Assembly: GCA_918797485.1 (NCBI GenBank)
Contig: CAKKNE010000004.1
Coordinates: 4,154,001-4,218,000 of the forward strand
Source: Pelagomonas calceolata
Taxonomy: Eukaryota
DNA: 64,000 bases
Direction: 5' to 3'
Part shown: positions 49,294 through 58,522 of the stretch, piece after piece
Numbering within the stretch: position 1 is the first letter of the stretch
Layout: every line of letters starts with the position of its first letter
Made by a program: the position numbers and the translations under genes
The notes under the pieces: model-generated
Databases searched by the model: none
Told to the model about the DNA's origin: nothing
Seen by the model: only the letters and a program-made list of their open reading frames with translations

Positions 49294-49496
49294 CGGGCGG
49301 TAAGTAACCTCGCCCGGTCGTGCCGGTGGTCAGTGAGGTTGTTAGAGCGAGACGCTGTGAGGGGCGGTAAATAACCTCGCCCGGTGCCGCTCGTGTGGCG
49401 TGAGTTTGTTAGAGCGCAACGCGGTGTGCGCTTGTGTGCAGCTTCTTGTGCGGCCTTGTGGAACTGTTTGAAGGGCGGAAATAAACGTCGCCCGGT
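49294..49496. repeat. Three copies of a 24-nt hairpin-forming motif, GGGCGG(T/A)AA..AAC.TCGCCCGGT
   Basis: Copies at 49295-49318, 49362-49385 and 49473-49496; copies 1 and 2 also share gtgag(g/t)ttgttagagcg. Confidence 0.85.
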
Positions 49497-49794
49497 TCCG
49501 TTCGGCAGCTGTCTAGACTGAGTAAACAAGTGCTAGTCGGCGGCGTCCACGGTAGCAGCGTATAAAAATCGAGCTCTCTGGCTCGGTGTTACGTAGGGGC
49601 GTCTCCCCGCACGTTAGCGGAACGCGTCCTCCGGCGCACGATAATGTGCGGTTGGATTGCTATGTGACGCCTCTGGGCCGTGGCTGACCCTTGGGCTACG
49701 CGGCGCGGGTTTGGAGCCCCACTGTCCAAGGCTCTGCAGTCCAGCGCGGCGAGCGCTGCGACTTGGACTGTAGGGCTGCGTTTTACTCTCACAG

Positions 49795-50631
49795 ATGTAT
49801 TCCAGCAGCAGGGGGCTGCCGGCTGGGAAGGACTGGCAGTCCCGGTCCAGCAAGCAATCGGAGTCCAGGTTCAGTGACAGATCGCACACGTCGCGGTACA
49901 GGCCCAGAGATCGGTCCAGGTCGCGAGAGCGCCGGCATAGGTCGAGGAGTTGGTCGCCACGAGAACGCACTGATCGATGGCGACCGCCGCCGCGACGCCG
50001 CTCGCGATCACGGCACCGCTCGCCGCCGCGGCGCGATGAGCGGCGCCGTTCACGATCACCACGCTGGCAGCGATCGCCACCGCGGCCGCGCTCACCGCCG
50101 CGGCGCTACGAACGACGGCGCTCACGCTCACCACGCCGACAGCGCTCTCCACCACCACGATACCGACAGCGCTCGCCCCCGCCGCCGCGGCGCAAGCCGC
50201 AGAGCCGGTCCGTGTCGCCGGTGGTCACGGCCGAGTCGACGGCCACCGTGGCCGACGCCGGTCCGACGCTCGACTCGGTGATGCGCGCGCACCCGGGGCT
50301 CTCGGTCACCGACGCGCTCGAAATCCTCGCGCGGAAGACGGGCAGCGCGGCCGACAAGGCCTTGGAACACCACGGACGCGAGGGCAAGCGCATCTTCACG
50401 GAGGAGCCCACGGATAGGAAAGGCGCGGTCATGACTGCCGTGTTGTCCGTACGGCCTTCGTGCTGCTATTTCCTGCAGGGCATCTGCACGTTCGGTGAGC
50501 GCTGTGAACACGCGCACATCAAGTCGACGCGGTGTCACTTCGGGCATCGGTGTCGCGTCGGCCACGCGGCGCCGCTCGTCGAGTATTGCAATATTACCAC
50601 GGGCGGCGCGAGCAAGGGTGCTGGGAACTAA
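49795..50631 (+). CDS. Arg/Ser-rich protein with C-terminal CCCH zinc finger(s)
   Basis: RS/RSPP repeats; CCYFLQGICTFGERCEHAH, CHFGHRCRVGH. Confidence 0.75.
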   Translation: MYSSSRGLPAGKDWQSRSSKQSESRFSDRSHTSRYRPRDRSRSRERRHRSRSWSPRERTDRWRPPPRRRSRSRHRSPPRRDERRRSRSPRWQRSPPRPRSPPRRYERRRSRSPRRQRSPPPRYRQRSPPPPRRKPQSRSVSPVVTAESTATVADAGPTLDSVMRAHPGLSVTDALEILARKTGSAADKALEHHGREGKRIFTEEPTDRKGAVMTAVLSVRPSCCYFLQGICTFGERCEHAHIKSTRCHFGHRCRVGHAAPLVEYCNITTGGASKGAGN

Positions 50632-50643
50632 GTGTTGTGTGAA

Positions 50644-51129
50644 TTACGAGTCTCCCCGCAGCGACGCCGTAGTCGCGACCGCGGCCGCCGCGGCGACGGC
50701 GATGCCGATACCCGCATCAGTCATATCGACCGCGCCCCGGTTCCAGAGCAGCTCCTTGCCGAGCAGCTCCCTTGCCGCCGAGGCGACGAAGAGCACGTAG
50801 TACGCCGACGTCTGTAAGATATTGAATACAAGGGCGATCGTGGTCACGTAAAGACGCGCCGATGTCACGGCGGCATCGAGCGCTTTTGGGTCGTTCGACC
50901 AGCGATCGACGTCGGCCGCGGCGACGACCTCCGGGCCGCGGCCACGCGTTAAGGCATCATAGACCGCATCGGATGCGGCGCCGTCGCCGGCTTTTTCTCT
51001 CCACTCGCGCCTGAAGACGACGGCGCCGTTTCGCAACGGTTTCGCCGCGCCTAGGGCTCGGCGCAGCGCGGCGGCCTCGTACTGCAGCGCGCTTGCGCCC
51101 GCCGCGCACAGCACAACGAGTGCCCTCAT
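50644..51129 (-). CDS. Hypothetical signal-peptide membrane protein (161 aa)
   Basis: MRALVVLCAAGASAL signal and two C-terminal hydrophobic segments; its ATG overlaps the upstream stop codon. Confidence 0.6.
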   Translation of the reverse strand: MRALVVLCAAGASALQYEAAALRRALGAAKPLRNGAVVFRREWREKAGDGAASDAVYDALTRGRGPEVVAAADVDRWSNDPKALDAAVTSARLYVTTIALVFNILQTSAYYVLFVASAARELLGKELLWNRGAVDMTDAGIGIAVAAAAAVATTASLRGDS

Positions 51130-51356
51130 CACGATTTAGCTTCGATGGCGCGAATGAGGTGCTTGATGCGGTAGCGCTCCTTCGCGAGCAGATCCTGCAG
51201 CTTCGCGTTCTCTTTGCGCAGCTCGTCGACCTCCGAGCTGCTCGCGCCCGCGCTGCTCGCCACTGGAGGCGGCGGCGGCACGTAGGATGGCTTGGCAAAG
51301 TCCTCGTCGTCCTCGAGCGCTTTGACACGCTTCTCCAATGCAGCGATCGATGACAT
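51129..51356 (-). CDS. Small coiled-coil protein (75 aa)
   Basis: MSSIAALEKRVKALE...EVDELRKENAKLQDLLAKERYRIKHLIRAIEAKS; heptad pattern and GC3-rich codons. Confidence 0.7.
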   Translation of the reverse strand: MSSIAALEKRVKALEDDEDFAKPSYVPPPPPVASSAGASSSEVDELRKENAKLQDLLAKERYRIKHLIRAIEAKS

Positions 51357-51638
51357 TTGACCGATGCGGCCCAAAATGGATCGACTGGCACCGATCTGGC
51401 ACCGATGCGGCCGTGAATGGCTTGGCAGGCTGATTTTGCAAGTGCACGGGTTTTTCACTTTTTGGCGCGGAGGTATGCGTGCCGGCTCGACCCATCCCAG
51501 CGCGCGCCCGGACGGGTCCGGAGCGAGCGCCAGTTGCGTGCGGGTGCCGCCTGGGCTAAACTTGCAAGCATTTCACAAACAGTGCAGGGCTGCCATCCGC
51601 GCACGCCCGTGGGTCGGAAGGGCTGCCCTCGCACCACC

Positions 51639-52199
51639 ATGGCGCTCGCCTGCGTGGGCATCGACGGCTGCTTCGGCGACGACGTCAACAGCGACGAAAC
51701 GAGGGGGCCCGAGACGACCATTCAAGCGCCCGCCGGCACCCTAGGCATCTCCTTCGGGTCCGACGACACGTCGAATGTCATCATCGCCGTGCGGCCGACG
51801 AGCCCGCTGGCCGGCTCGGTCGCTGTCGGAGACAAGCTCGTGTCGATCAGCGGACCGGGCCGCGCGCCGTTTAGATGTGGTGGGAGTACCGGTAGCGAGG
51901 TCGTCGGCGAACTGAGAGCGGCGGAGAACACGGGCGACCGCGTCCTCACGTTTAAAAAGCCGGCAGCCTTCGAGGTCGCGGCGCCGCCCGGGGCTTTGGG
52001 ACTCATCTTCGAGAGCCACGGCCCGCGCGTGACCGCTTTACGGTCGTGGTCGCCGCTGAGCGGCCAGGTCGCTGTTGGGGATGTGCTCACGTCGATCAAC
52101 GGCGAGCCCGTCGCGGCCGGCGACGGCTTCGACGCCGCGGCGCTCGTGAAGGGCGCGGACGACGGGAGCGCCGACCGCCGCCTCGCCTTCTACGGGTGA
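51639..52199 (+). CDS. Tandem PDZ-like domain protein
   Basis: Two repeats: APAGTLGISF...SPLAGSVAVGDKLVSISG and APPGALGLIF...SPLSGQVAVGDVLTSING. Confidence 0.8.
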   Translation: MALACVGIDGCFGDDVNSDETRGPETTIQAPAGTLGISFGSDDTSNVIIAVRPTSPLAGSVAVGDKLVSISGPGRAPFRCGGSTGSEVVGELRAAENTGDRVLTFKKPAAFEVAAPPGALGLIFESHGPRVTALRSWSPLSGQVAVGDVLTSINGEPVAAGDGFDAAALVKGADDGSADRRLAFYG

Positions 52200-52253
52200 G
52201 GTGTTTTTTCGGTCGTTGAGGCGGCGCGTGTAAATACTCGAGAGCTATTCTTT

Positions 52254-52277
52254 GCTAGTGCGTTACTGGACGCTAGC
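52254..52277 (-). promoter_or_regulatory. Recurrent CTAG-N14-CTAG motif
   Basis: Reverse complement reads gctagcgtccagtaacgcactagc. Confidence 0.55.
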
Positions 52278-52520
52278 TGCCAATGCGGACGCGAGCGCGT
52301 GTGGACGCTGGGGAGGACCGTACGGCTGTAAAGGCTCCGTTGCGAGCGCTCATAGGACGGCGCGTAGCATCTGCCCGTTGACCGGCATCGCTAAGCCTTA
52401 GTTGTTCCGCAAGCACACCCCTCGCCGCCTCGCTGCGGTTACGCGCAGCACGTAAAGCGTTCGCTGTCTGTACGCGCACCATACAACGAGCTCATAGAGG
52501 CAGCTCAACAACAAAAAAGC

Positions 52521-53723
52521 ATGGCCAAAAAGCGCGACCGCTGGGCCAGCGACAGCGACGAGTCCGACCGGAGCGACGGCGAAGAAGCCGAAGCGCCGGC
52601 CGCGCCGCCTGCGCCGCCGCGCGCCGCGGCACCGCGGCAACCGCCGCAACAACTCCAGCGGCGGCCGGTTAAACAGAGACGGCACCCGCTGATCCACGGC
52701 TGTAGACGCGTCGACTGCTTCGAGCGGCTTGATCGGATTGAGGAGGGCTCCTACGGCGTCGTCTATCGAGCGCGAGATATTGAGACCAGGGAGATCGTGG
52801 CCCTGAAACGCGTCAAATTGACAAGGGAGGCCTGCGTTAACGGGTTTCCAGTCACGGCCCTGAGGGAAGCCAATGTACTGTTAACATTAGCCCACGAGAA
52901 CATTGTCAGAGTGAAGGAGATGGTCGTCGGCGACGCAAGTGATCAGGTCTTCATGGTCATGACGTGTTTTGACCGGGACCTCAAATCTTGTCTGAGGGAC
53001 CACGAGGGACCCTTGGCTCAGGCGGACATGAAGTGCCTCGCGTCCCAACTCTTCGCGGCCGTGGCGCACATGCATTCACGCTGGTACATCCATCGGGACA
53101 TCAAGACCAGCAACGTCTTGTATAACGACGACGGGCGGTTGGCGTTATGTGATTTTGGGCTCGCGCGGCGCTTCGGCGACCCCGTGGAGCCCATGACGAC
53201 CAATGTGGTCACGCTGTGGTACCGGTGCCCCGAACTTCTGCTGGGGGCTACCTCTTATAGTACTGCTGTCGACAATTGGTCGGTGGGATGCGTGCTGGCC
53301 GAGTTGTTACTGAAGCAGCCCGTCTTTGCGGGGCGGTCGGAGGTCGAGCAGCTCCACGCGATCTTCAAGGTGTTGGGAGCGCCCGCGGACGGCTATCTCA
53401 CGGAGCTGCCCCTCGCGGACACGCTGCTCAATTTCGGCAAGCGCCGACCGAAGAATCGGTTAAGGGAGAAGTTTCCCACGGCTACTTTTGGAAGCACGGC
53501 CACTACCCCGCTGACGGCATCCGGTTTGGATCTGCTCCAAAGATTATTCGCGTACGATCCGGCGTCGCGGTTGGGCGCGGCGCAGGCGTCTTCACATAAC
53601 TACTTCCGCGAGGCGCCCTTCGCGACGCCGCGCCGGTACATGAAGTTGAGGGTGGAGAAGAAGGTCGAGAATGTAGCGCCGGTTATCGAGTCGCCGCCGG
53701 CGCCGGAGAATCTAGGGATGTAA
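52521..53723 (+). CDS. Cyclin-dependent kinase, CDK11/CDKG (PITSLRE)-like
   Basis: GCRRVDCFERLDRIEEGSYGVVYRA, GFPVTALRE, HRDIKTSN, CDFGLAR, VVTLWYRCPELLLG. Confidence 0.92.
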   Translation: MAKKRDRWASDSDESDRSDGEEAEAPAAPPAPPRAAAPRQPPQQLQRRPVKQRRHPLIHGCRRVDCFERLDRIEEGSYGVVYRARDIETREIVALKRVKLTREACVNGFPVTALREANVLLTLAHENIVRVKEMVVGDASDQVFMVMTCFDRDLKSCLRDHEGPLAQADMKCLASQLFAAVAHMHSRWYIHRDIKTSNVLYNDDGRLALCDFGLARRFGDPVEPMTTNVVTLWYRCPELLLGATSYSTAVDNWSVGCVLAELLLKQPVFAGRSEVEQLHAIFKVLGAPADGYLTELPLADTLLNFGKRRPKNRLREKFPTATFGSTATTPLTASGLDLLQRLFAYDPASRLGAAQASSHNYFREAPFATPRRYMKLRVEKKVENVAPVIESPPAPENLGM

Positions 53724-53796
53724 GTTGTCTTGTGCTACTCGTCTCCGAAAACTACTCGTGATAGATCATTAGTCGCCCCCACCAACACTAGAAAAG

Positions 53797-54927
53797 CTAC
53801 TTCAGCGGCTTCCGCGCGACCATGAGCCACATCGGCGTAAACGCGCCGGTCACGCCGCCGTCGGCGCAGCCCACGCCGCCGGCCTGGAGCATGACCTGCG
53901 TCTTTGAGGTTCCGGCCGGCACCAATCTAATGAGCTCGAGGAACGTGAGGATGCGCGGCATGAGGAAGAACATGACGGGATTGAACTGGAACCGGGGCCA
54001 GCTCAAGGGATTCCACGACGGCGTGAGCGGCGTGTGCCAGGGGTCGCCGCCATCGAGCAGTCCATCCAGAGCGCAGTCTCTCGCTTCCACAATGTCGAAA
54101 CCCGCGTCAGCTAGGGCCTTCGTGCACACAGAAGTGTGTACGAGATCCGGTAATCCATCCCCCACCTCGATGTCCTTCTTGAGCTTCTTGTGGCGTTCCG
54201 AACCGTCGTAGGCGTCCGTCAGGCACCACTCGTAGCACGCGAAGGTCGCGCCCGGCTTCAGCACCCTCAAGATCTCTCCGTAACATTTAGCCCTATCTGG
54301 GGCGTGGCACGTCGCTTCGATCGCATACACGCCATCAAAGCTGTTGTCCTTGAAGGGCAGGTTCATGAAATCGCCCTGGACGAGCTTCGCCAAATGGGAC
54401 ACGCCCTCCTGCTTGCACAGCGCATTACCTCTATCCACCTGGAACTGGTTGATCGTGATGCCCGTGACTTGCGCGCGCGTGAACCGCGCGATGTTCCTCG
54501 CCGGTCCCCCAATGCCACACCCGCAGTCCAGCACGCAGTCGCCTGCTTTTAATGCTAGTCTTGAGGCGAGGTAGTACTCGTGTCGTAGTAACGACTGGGC
54601 GAACGTCTCCCTCCCCCTCCTGTCTGCAAAATGGAAGCAGGCGCCCCAGCCCCATTCATAAAACTCCGTCGCTAGATCGTAGTACGAGTCCACTAAGTCG
54701 GCGTACTGGTCGTTGCGGTCGTCGGCCTCGTCCTTGTTATGGAGGTCGTTGTATCCATCAATGCGGCCGTGGCGCTTGCTCGTTCGCAGCGACGCGAGGA
54801 AGGCGGTGGTGAGCTTGAGGCCGCGCGCGACCGCCGGCGCGGCGACGGCCGCTGTCGCGGCGGCGGCGACGGCGGCCAAGGGGTTGTCCCTCGCAGTTTT
54901 TTGAAGGCGCTCGATTGCTGCCGCCAT
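53797..54927 (-). CDS. SMT1: Sterol 24-C-methyltransferase
   Basis: YYDLATEFYEWGWGACFHF, LDCGCGIGGPARNI, YAIEATCHAP, LKPG..F..YEW, IEVGDGLP, FTPM. Confidence 0.95.
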   Translation of the reverse strand: MAAAIERLQKTARDNPLAAVAAAATAAVAAPAVARGLKLTTAFLASLRTSKRHGRIDGYNDLHNKDEADDRNDQYADLVDSYYDLATEFYEWGWGACFHFADRRGRETFAQSLLRHEYYLASRLALKAGDCVLDCGCGIGGPARNIARFTRAQVTGITINQFQVDRGNALCKQEGVSHLAKLVQGDFMNLPFKDNSFDGVYAIEATCHAPDRAKCYGEILRVLKPGATFACYEWCLTDAYDGSERHKKLKKDIEVGDGLPDLVHTSVCTKALADAGFDIVEARDCALDGLLDGGDPWHTPLTPSWNPLSWPRFQFNPVMFFLMPRILTFLELIRLVPAGTSKTQVMLQAGGVGCADGGVTGAFTPMWLMVARKPLK

Positions 54928-54994
54928 TTTGTGTGGCCTCTTGCAGCGCCACACAGCCTGAACCAGCCGCTGTGCGGATCGACGTGGACCCACC

Positions 54995-55017
54995 TTAGCG
55001 TGGCGAGACACACTAGC
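54995..55017 (+). promoter_or_regulatory. Recurrent motif (degenerate copy)
   Basis: ttagcgtggcgagacacactagc. Confidence 0.45.
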
Positions 55018-56460
55018 ACTTGGCTGGAAATCTGCATGTATCTATTTGACTATCCTTCGGTTCGCTAATGGTCCAAAGAGATCAATGGGACACATACCAG
55101 GGGCCAAAAAAAGTAATTTCTTGATGTCGCGATACTGACGACGCCACCATGGCGGCCGCGTCGGTGAATCCTGTCGATTCGTGGTCCTGAGGTCTCCCTG
55201 GGGTCACTTTTGGGTCAGTAGTGGTCGCGTGCAATCTCCTACGCCGCCTATTCCGCCGCTTCCAGTGTAAGATACATCTCCCAAGGTCCTTGGCGCTCCA
55301 ACGCACTGGACCATGATTTGCCAAAGATTTCGATCCAGAGCTCTCTCGAGAGCCCCAAGCACCGGCGCATGCGGCGTAGGGGACCACCCGATCTTAGACC
55401 TATCCCAGAGGGCGTCTGAGAGCCGATACATATCTGGAAAAAGTAAGTTATTTGGGCCCGATGGCGCCCCGTCCGCGTAAAAAACGTCAATTACCCGAGG
55501 CCCCCCAGGAGTCGCCGTAGCGGTCTCGCTGGGTCCCATACTACCCCAACGATAGTCAACTAAAAGTATATGACATCTACACGCCGAGAAGGGTACTTCG
55601 GGCCGACCACGCTCGGGACGTGAACATCTGCATCTGGAGCTCGCGCAGGTCGGTCGGTCACGAAACAAATGATCGCGTCATGGTCCATGGTGATGGTACA
55701 CGGGCTGATGGCCGCAGGTCTATGTCTTGTGCCCATTTAAGCCGCGATCGTGGGGCCGCGAGACCGACGATCCGCGCCGAGCATCTTGGGGTCTCGGAGC
55801 AATGTAGTACACAATCAAGCCGGTTATCTGGCCCGTCCTAGAACTAAAGCGCCTGAAACGCAAATTTATTTTATAAACCGCCGGTCTGGGACCTTTCCGG
55901 TGCCCCGCGTACGCACCGTCGTCCGCGGAGAACGGGCAAGTCGATCGATTGTGAATAGAACAACGGGATTTTGGTCCATCTGGATAGTGGCGTCGCTGAT
56001 ACTCGCGGGTTCAGGTTTGATGTCTATCTTTTATGCAAATGCGGGTCGCGAAATCGTCGTTTCGCGCGGCTCTAACGGAATATCTAAAATAGCTCAGTGG
56101 GCGCTGATGCGGGTTAGATGGACTCTACCACTAACAAACGGAAGGAAACGAACATAAACTCGGGAGTTGTCTAGTAGAATTCTTCTCCCGCCCTCCGAGC
56201 GCGGGCCGTCGGCTCCGGTTCCGTCGATTGTGGATGAAAACTGGGCTGGAGTTGATATAATGTTCTATCTGGACGGTAGATGGCGGCGTCAATCGCTGGT
56301 GTAATTTGGCGAGCCGTAAGTCTCGTCCGCGAATGTCGCGGGCGGTGCCTTCCGGGAGGCGCGAGGGTATGTTCCTCGGCCGCTACTGTGAAATATTTGG
56401 TCGCGGCGAACGACTAGGATGTATTCTGAATTTTGGTCATTCTTTTGAGGCTATCGAGGC

Positions 56461-57509
56461 GTATCTTGGGCGACGGCCGACGCGGGCGCGCGCGAGGACT
56501 GGGTGCGCGAGCGCGTCGCGCTGGAAACGAAACTGCGGGACGCGGAGCAGGCCGCCGACGTCGCGGTGCGCGAGCGGTCGGACCTGGCGGAGGCCCTGCG
56601 CAAGGCGCGGAACGAGGCGCGGTCGTTGGATCCTGTGTGGAGAATTATTGCGGAGACCTACTTCAGCCCGAAATTTTATTTCCACACAGGTTGGAGCTGG
56701 ACCTCGCGGCGGCCAAGGACGACTCGCGCGCGAGCGCGTCCCTGGCGCAAAAACTCGAGACCGAGGCCGTCCGCCGGCGGGACCTCGAGGGCGAAGTCTT
56801 GGCGCTGCGCGGGACGAAGGACTCGTCGCTCGAGAACGCCCTCGAGGCCGAGCGCGCGAGGACCGCAGAACTCGAGCGGAGCCTGGCCGAGGCGCGGGCC
56901 GCCCCGCCGTCGCCGCGCGACGAAAGCGCGCTGGAGCGCCGCGTCGCCGACCTCGAGCGGCTCGAGGCGGCGCTCATGCTACGCGTCGAACAGGAGCAGA
57001 CCGCGGCCCGGGACAATCAGAAACGCCTCGTCAACGCGTTGCGAGAAAACTCCGAACTGCGGGCGCGCCTCTCGGACTCGAGCGCGTCGGTGCGACGGAC
57101 GGTGCTCCTCGAGGACGTCGAAGACAGCGACAGCCTGGCGCCGGTCCCGGCACCACCGCCGAGGCGGCGCCGGTCCTCGTCGGCGTCGCTCTTCGGTGAT
57201 GAGGACCCGATCTCGTCGCTGCGCGGCCGCTCCGCCGTCCCGCGGTCGCCGCGGCGGCGGTCCGCGTCCGGCTCGTCCTTCGTCGACGTGGGACCGGTGC
57301 ACAAAACGCGCGCGCCGCGGTCCGCCGCGCGAACGCCGCGGCGCCGCGGGACGACGCCGACGATCGACGACTACTACGCGAAGTACTCGCGATCTACGGC
57401 CGAGAGGCTCTACGATCACGACAACGCGACGCGTCGTACCTTCGACGAAGCCGCCAGGCACGCCGAGGCGCTCTTCGCGGCGCATGACATGTCGCCTGCT
57501 AGGGATTAG
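56461..57509 (+). CDS. Coiled-coil protein, 3' part (5' exons unresolved); intron 56625-56689
   Basis: Frame ...WVRERVALETKLRDAEQ...RNEARS joins LELDLAAAKDD... after removing a 65-nt GT-AG intron; in-frame stop at 56446-56448 and no ATG before the intron. Confidence 0.65.
56625..56689 (+). mobile_element. Introner-like (TIR/MITE-derived) GT-AG intron, 65 nt, with target-site duplication
   Basis: GTTGGAT-CCTGTGTGGAGAAT...ATTTCCACACAG|GTTGGAG; GTTGGA is duplicated and removal restores the frame. Confidence 0.88.
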
Positions 57510-57552
57510 CTTCTCTGCCCATCTTCCCCGTATATATATCTGAAGTATGCTT

Positions 57553-57576
57553 GCTAGTGTCTTACAGGCCGCTAGC
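57553..57576 (-). promoter_or_regulatory. Recurrent CTAG-N14-CTAG motif (consensus copy)
   Basis: Exact reverse complement of the 24-mer at 39474-39497. Confidence 0.7.
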
Positions 57577-57686
57577 TTTCGCGGTGCTCCTTGCCAGGCA
57601 TTGCTGCATTCGGCATCAATCCTGCCTGCAAGCCAGCCACGCTGGCTCTCCGCCGCGTCCTCTCGACGGTCGCAACAGCTGCGGCC

Positions 57687-58493
57687 ATGTCTAAGCCCCG
57701 CCTCCAATTGATCCTCTCCCCTGCCAAGACAATGTGCTTTGATCCTTGCGCGGTCGCGGACAAGGCCGGCACCAGTGAAGCGGTCGGCTTGCAGCGCGTC
57801 GACGAGCTGGCGAGCGTCATGGCCAAGCAATCGAAAGCCCAGCTCAAGGACTGCTTAGGTGTCTCGGACGCCATCGCCTCGGAGAACTACGACCGCTTCC
57901 AGGGCTGGGCGAGCGCGGAACCGCGGCAGGCCGTCGTCGCGTACAGCGGGTTCGCGTACGCGAAACTCGACGCCCGCACGCTGACTGAGGACCAGCTCCG
58001 CGTCGGCCAGAAGCGGCTCCTCATCCTGAGCGGCATGTGGGGCCCGGTGCGCCCATTGGACCAGATCAAGCCCTATCGCCTCGAAATGGCGTGCAAGAAG
58101 CTCGCGCCGCCCTACAACAAGCTGGCGCTGTACTGGCGCGACCTGTCGACGGAGACGCTTCTCGAGGGGTATGGTAGTGGTGACCGCGTCCTGGTAAACG
58201 TCGCCTCGGACGAGTACGCGTCGGCGATAGACTTCGCGGCGGTGAAGAAGGCCGGCGTGCGCGTCGTCAAGGTCGACTTCTGGCAAGGAGGCAAGAAGGC
58301 GCCGACCGTGCATTTGAAGCATGGGAGAGGTCTCGTGGCGAGGTATGTGTTCACGCACGACTGCGACAGCCTGGACGCGCTCAAGGGCTTTGATCTGGAG
58401 GGCTACGAGTACGACGGCGAGCACTCGAGCGACGACGTCATGGTGTTCGCGCGCGAATCGGCGCCGCCGAAGAAAAAAGCCCGGACCAAGTAG
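57687..58493 (+). CDS. yaaA: YaaA/DUF328 peroxide-stress DNA-binding protein
   Basis: ILSPAKTM, AYSGFAYAKLDA, LLILSGMWGPVRPLDQIKPYRLEM, VNVASDEY, KHGRGLVARY; basic C-terminal PKKKAR (NLS-like). Confidence 0.92.
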   Translation: MSKPRLQLILSPAKTMCFDPCAVADKAGTSEAVGLQRVDELASVMAKQSKAQLKDCLGVSDAIASENYDRFQGWASAEPRQAVVAYSGFAYAKLDARTLTEDQLRVGQKRLLILSGMWGPVRPLDQIKPYRLEMACKKLAPPYNKLALYWRDLSTETLLEGYGSGDRVLVNVASDEYASAIDFAAVKKAGVRVVKVDFWQGGKKAPTVHLKHGRGLVARYVFTHDCDSLDALKGFDLEGYEYDGEHSSDDVMVFARESAPPKKKARTK

Positions 58494-58522
58494 TTTCCCG
58501 TATAAGAATCCTGTGTTACAAT

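Noticed and set aside
51360..51412. Short ggcaccgat/accgatgcggcc repeats before the 75-aa ORF
   Set aside because: Small local slippage duplication with no further support.
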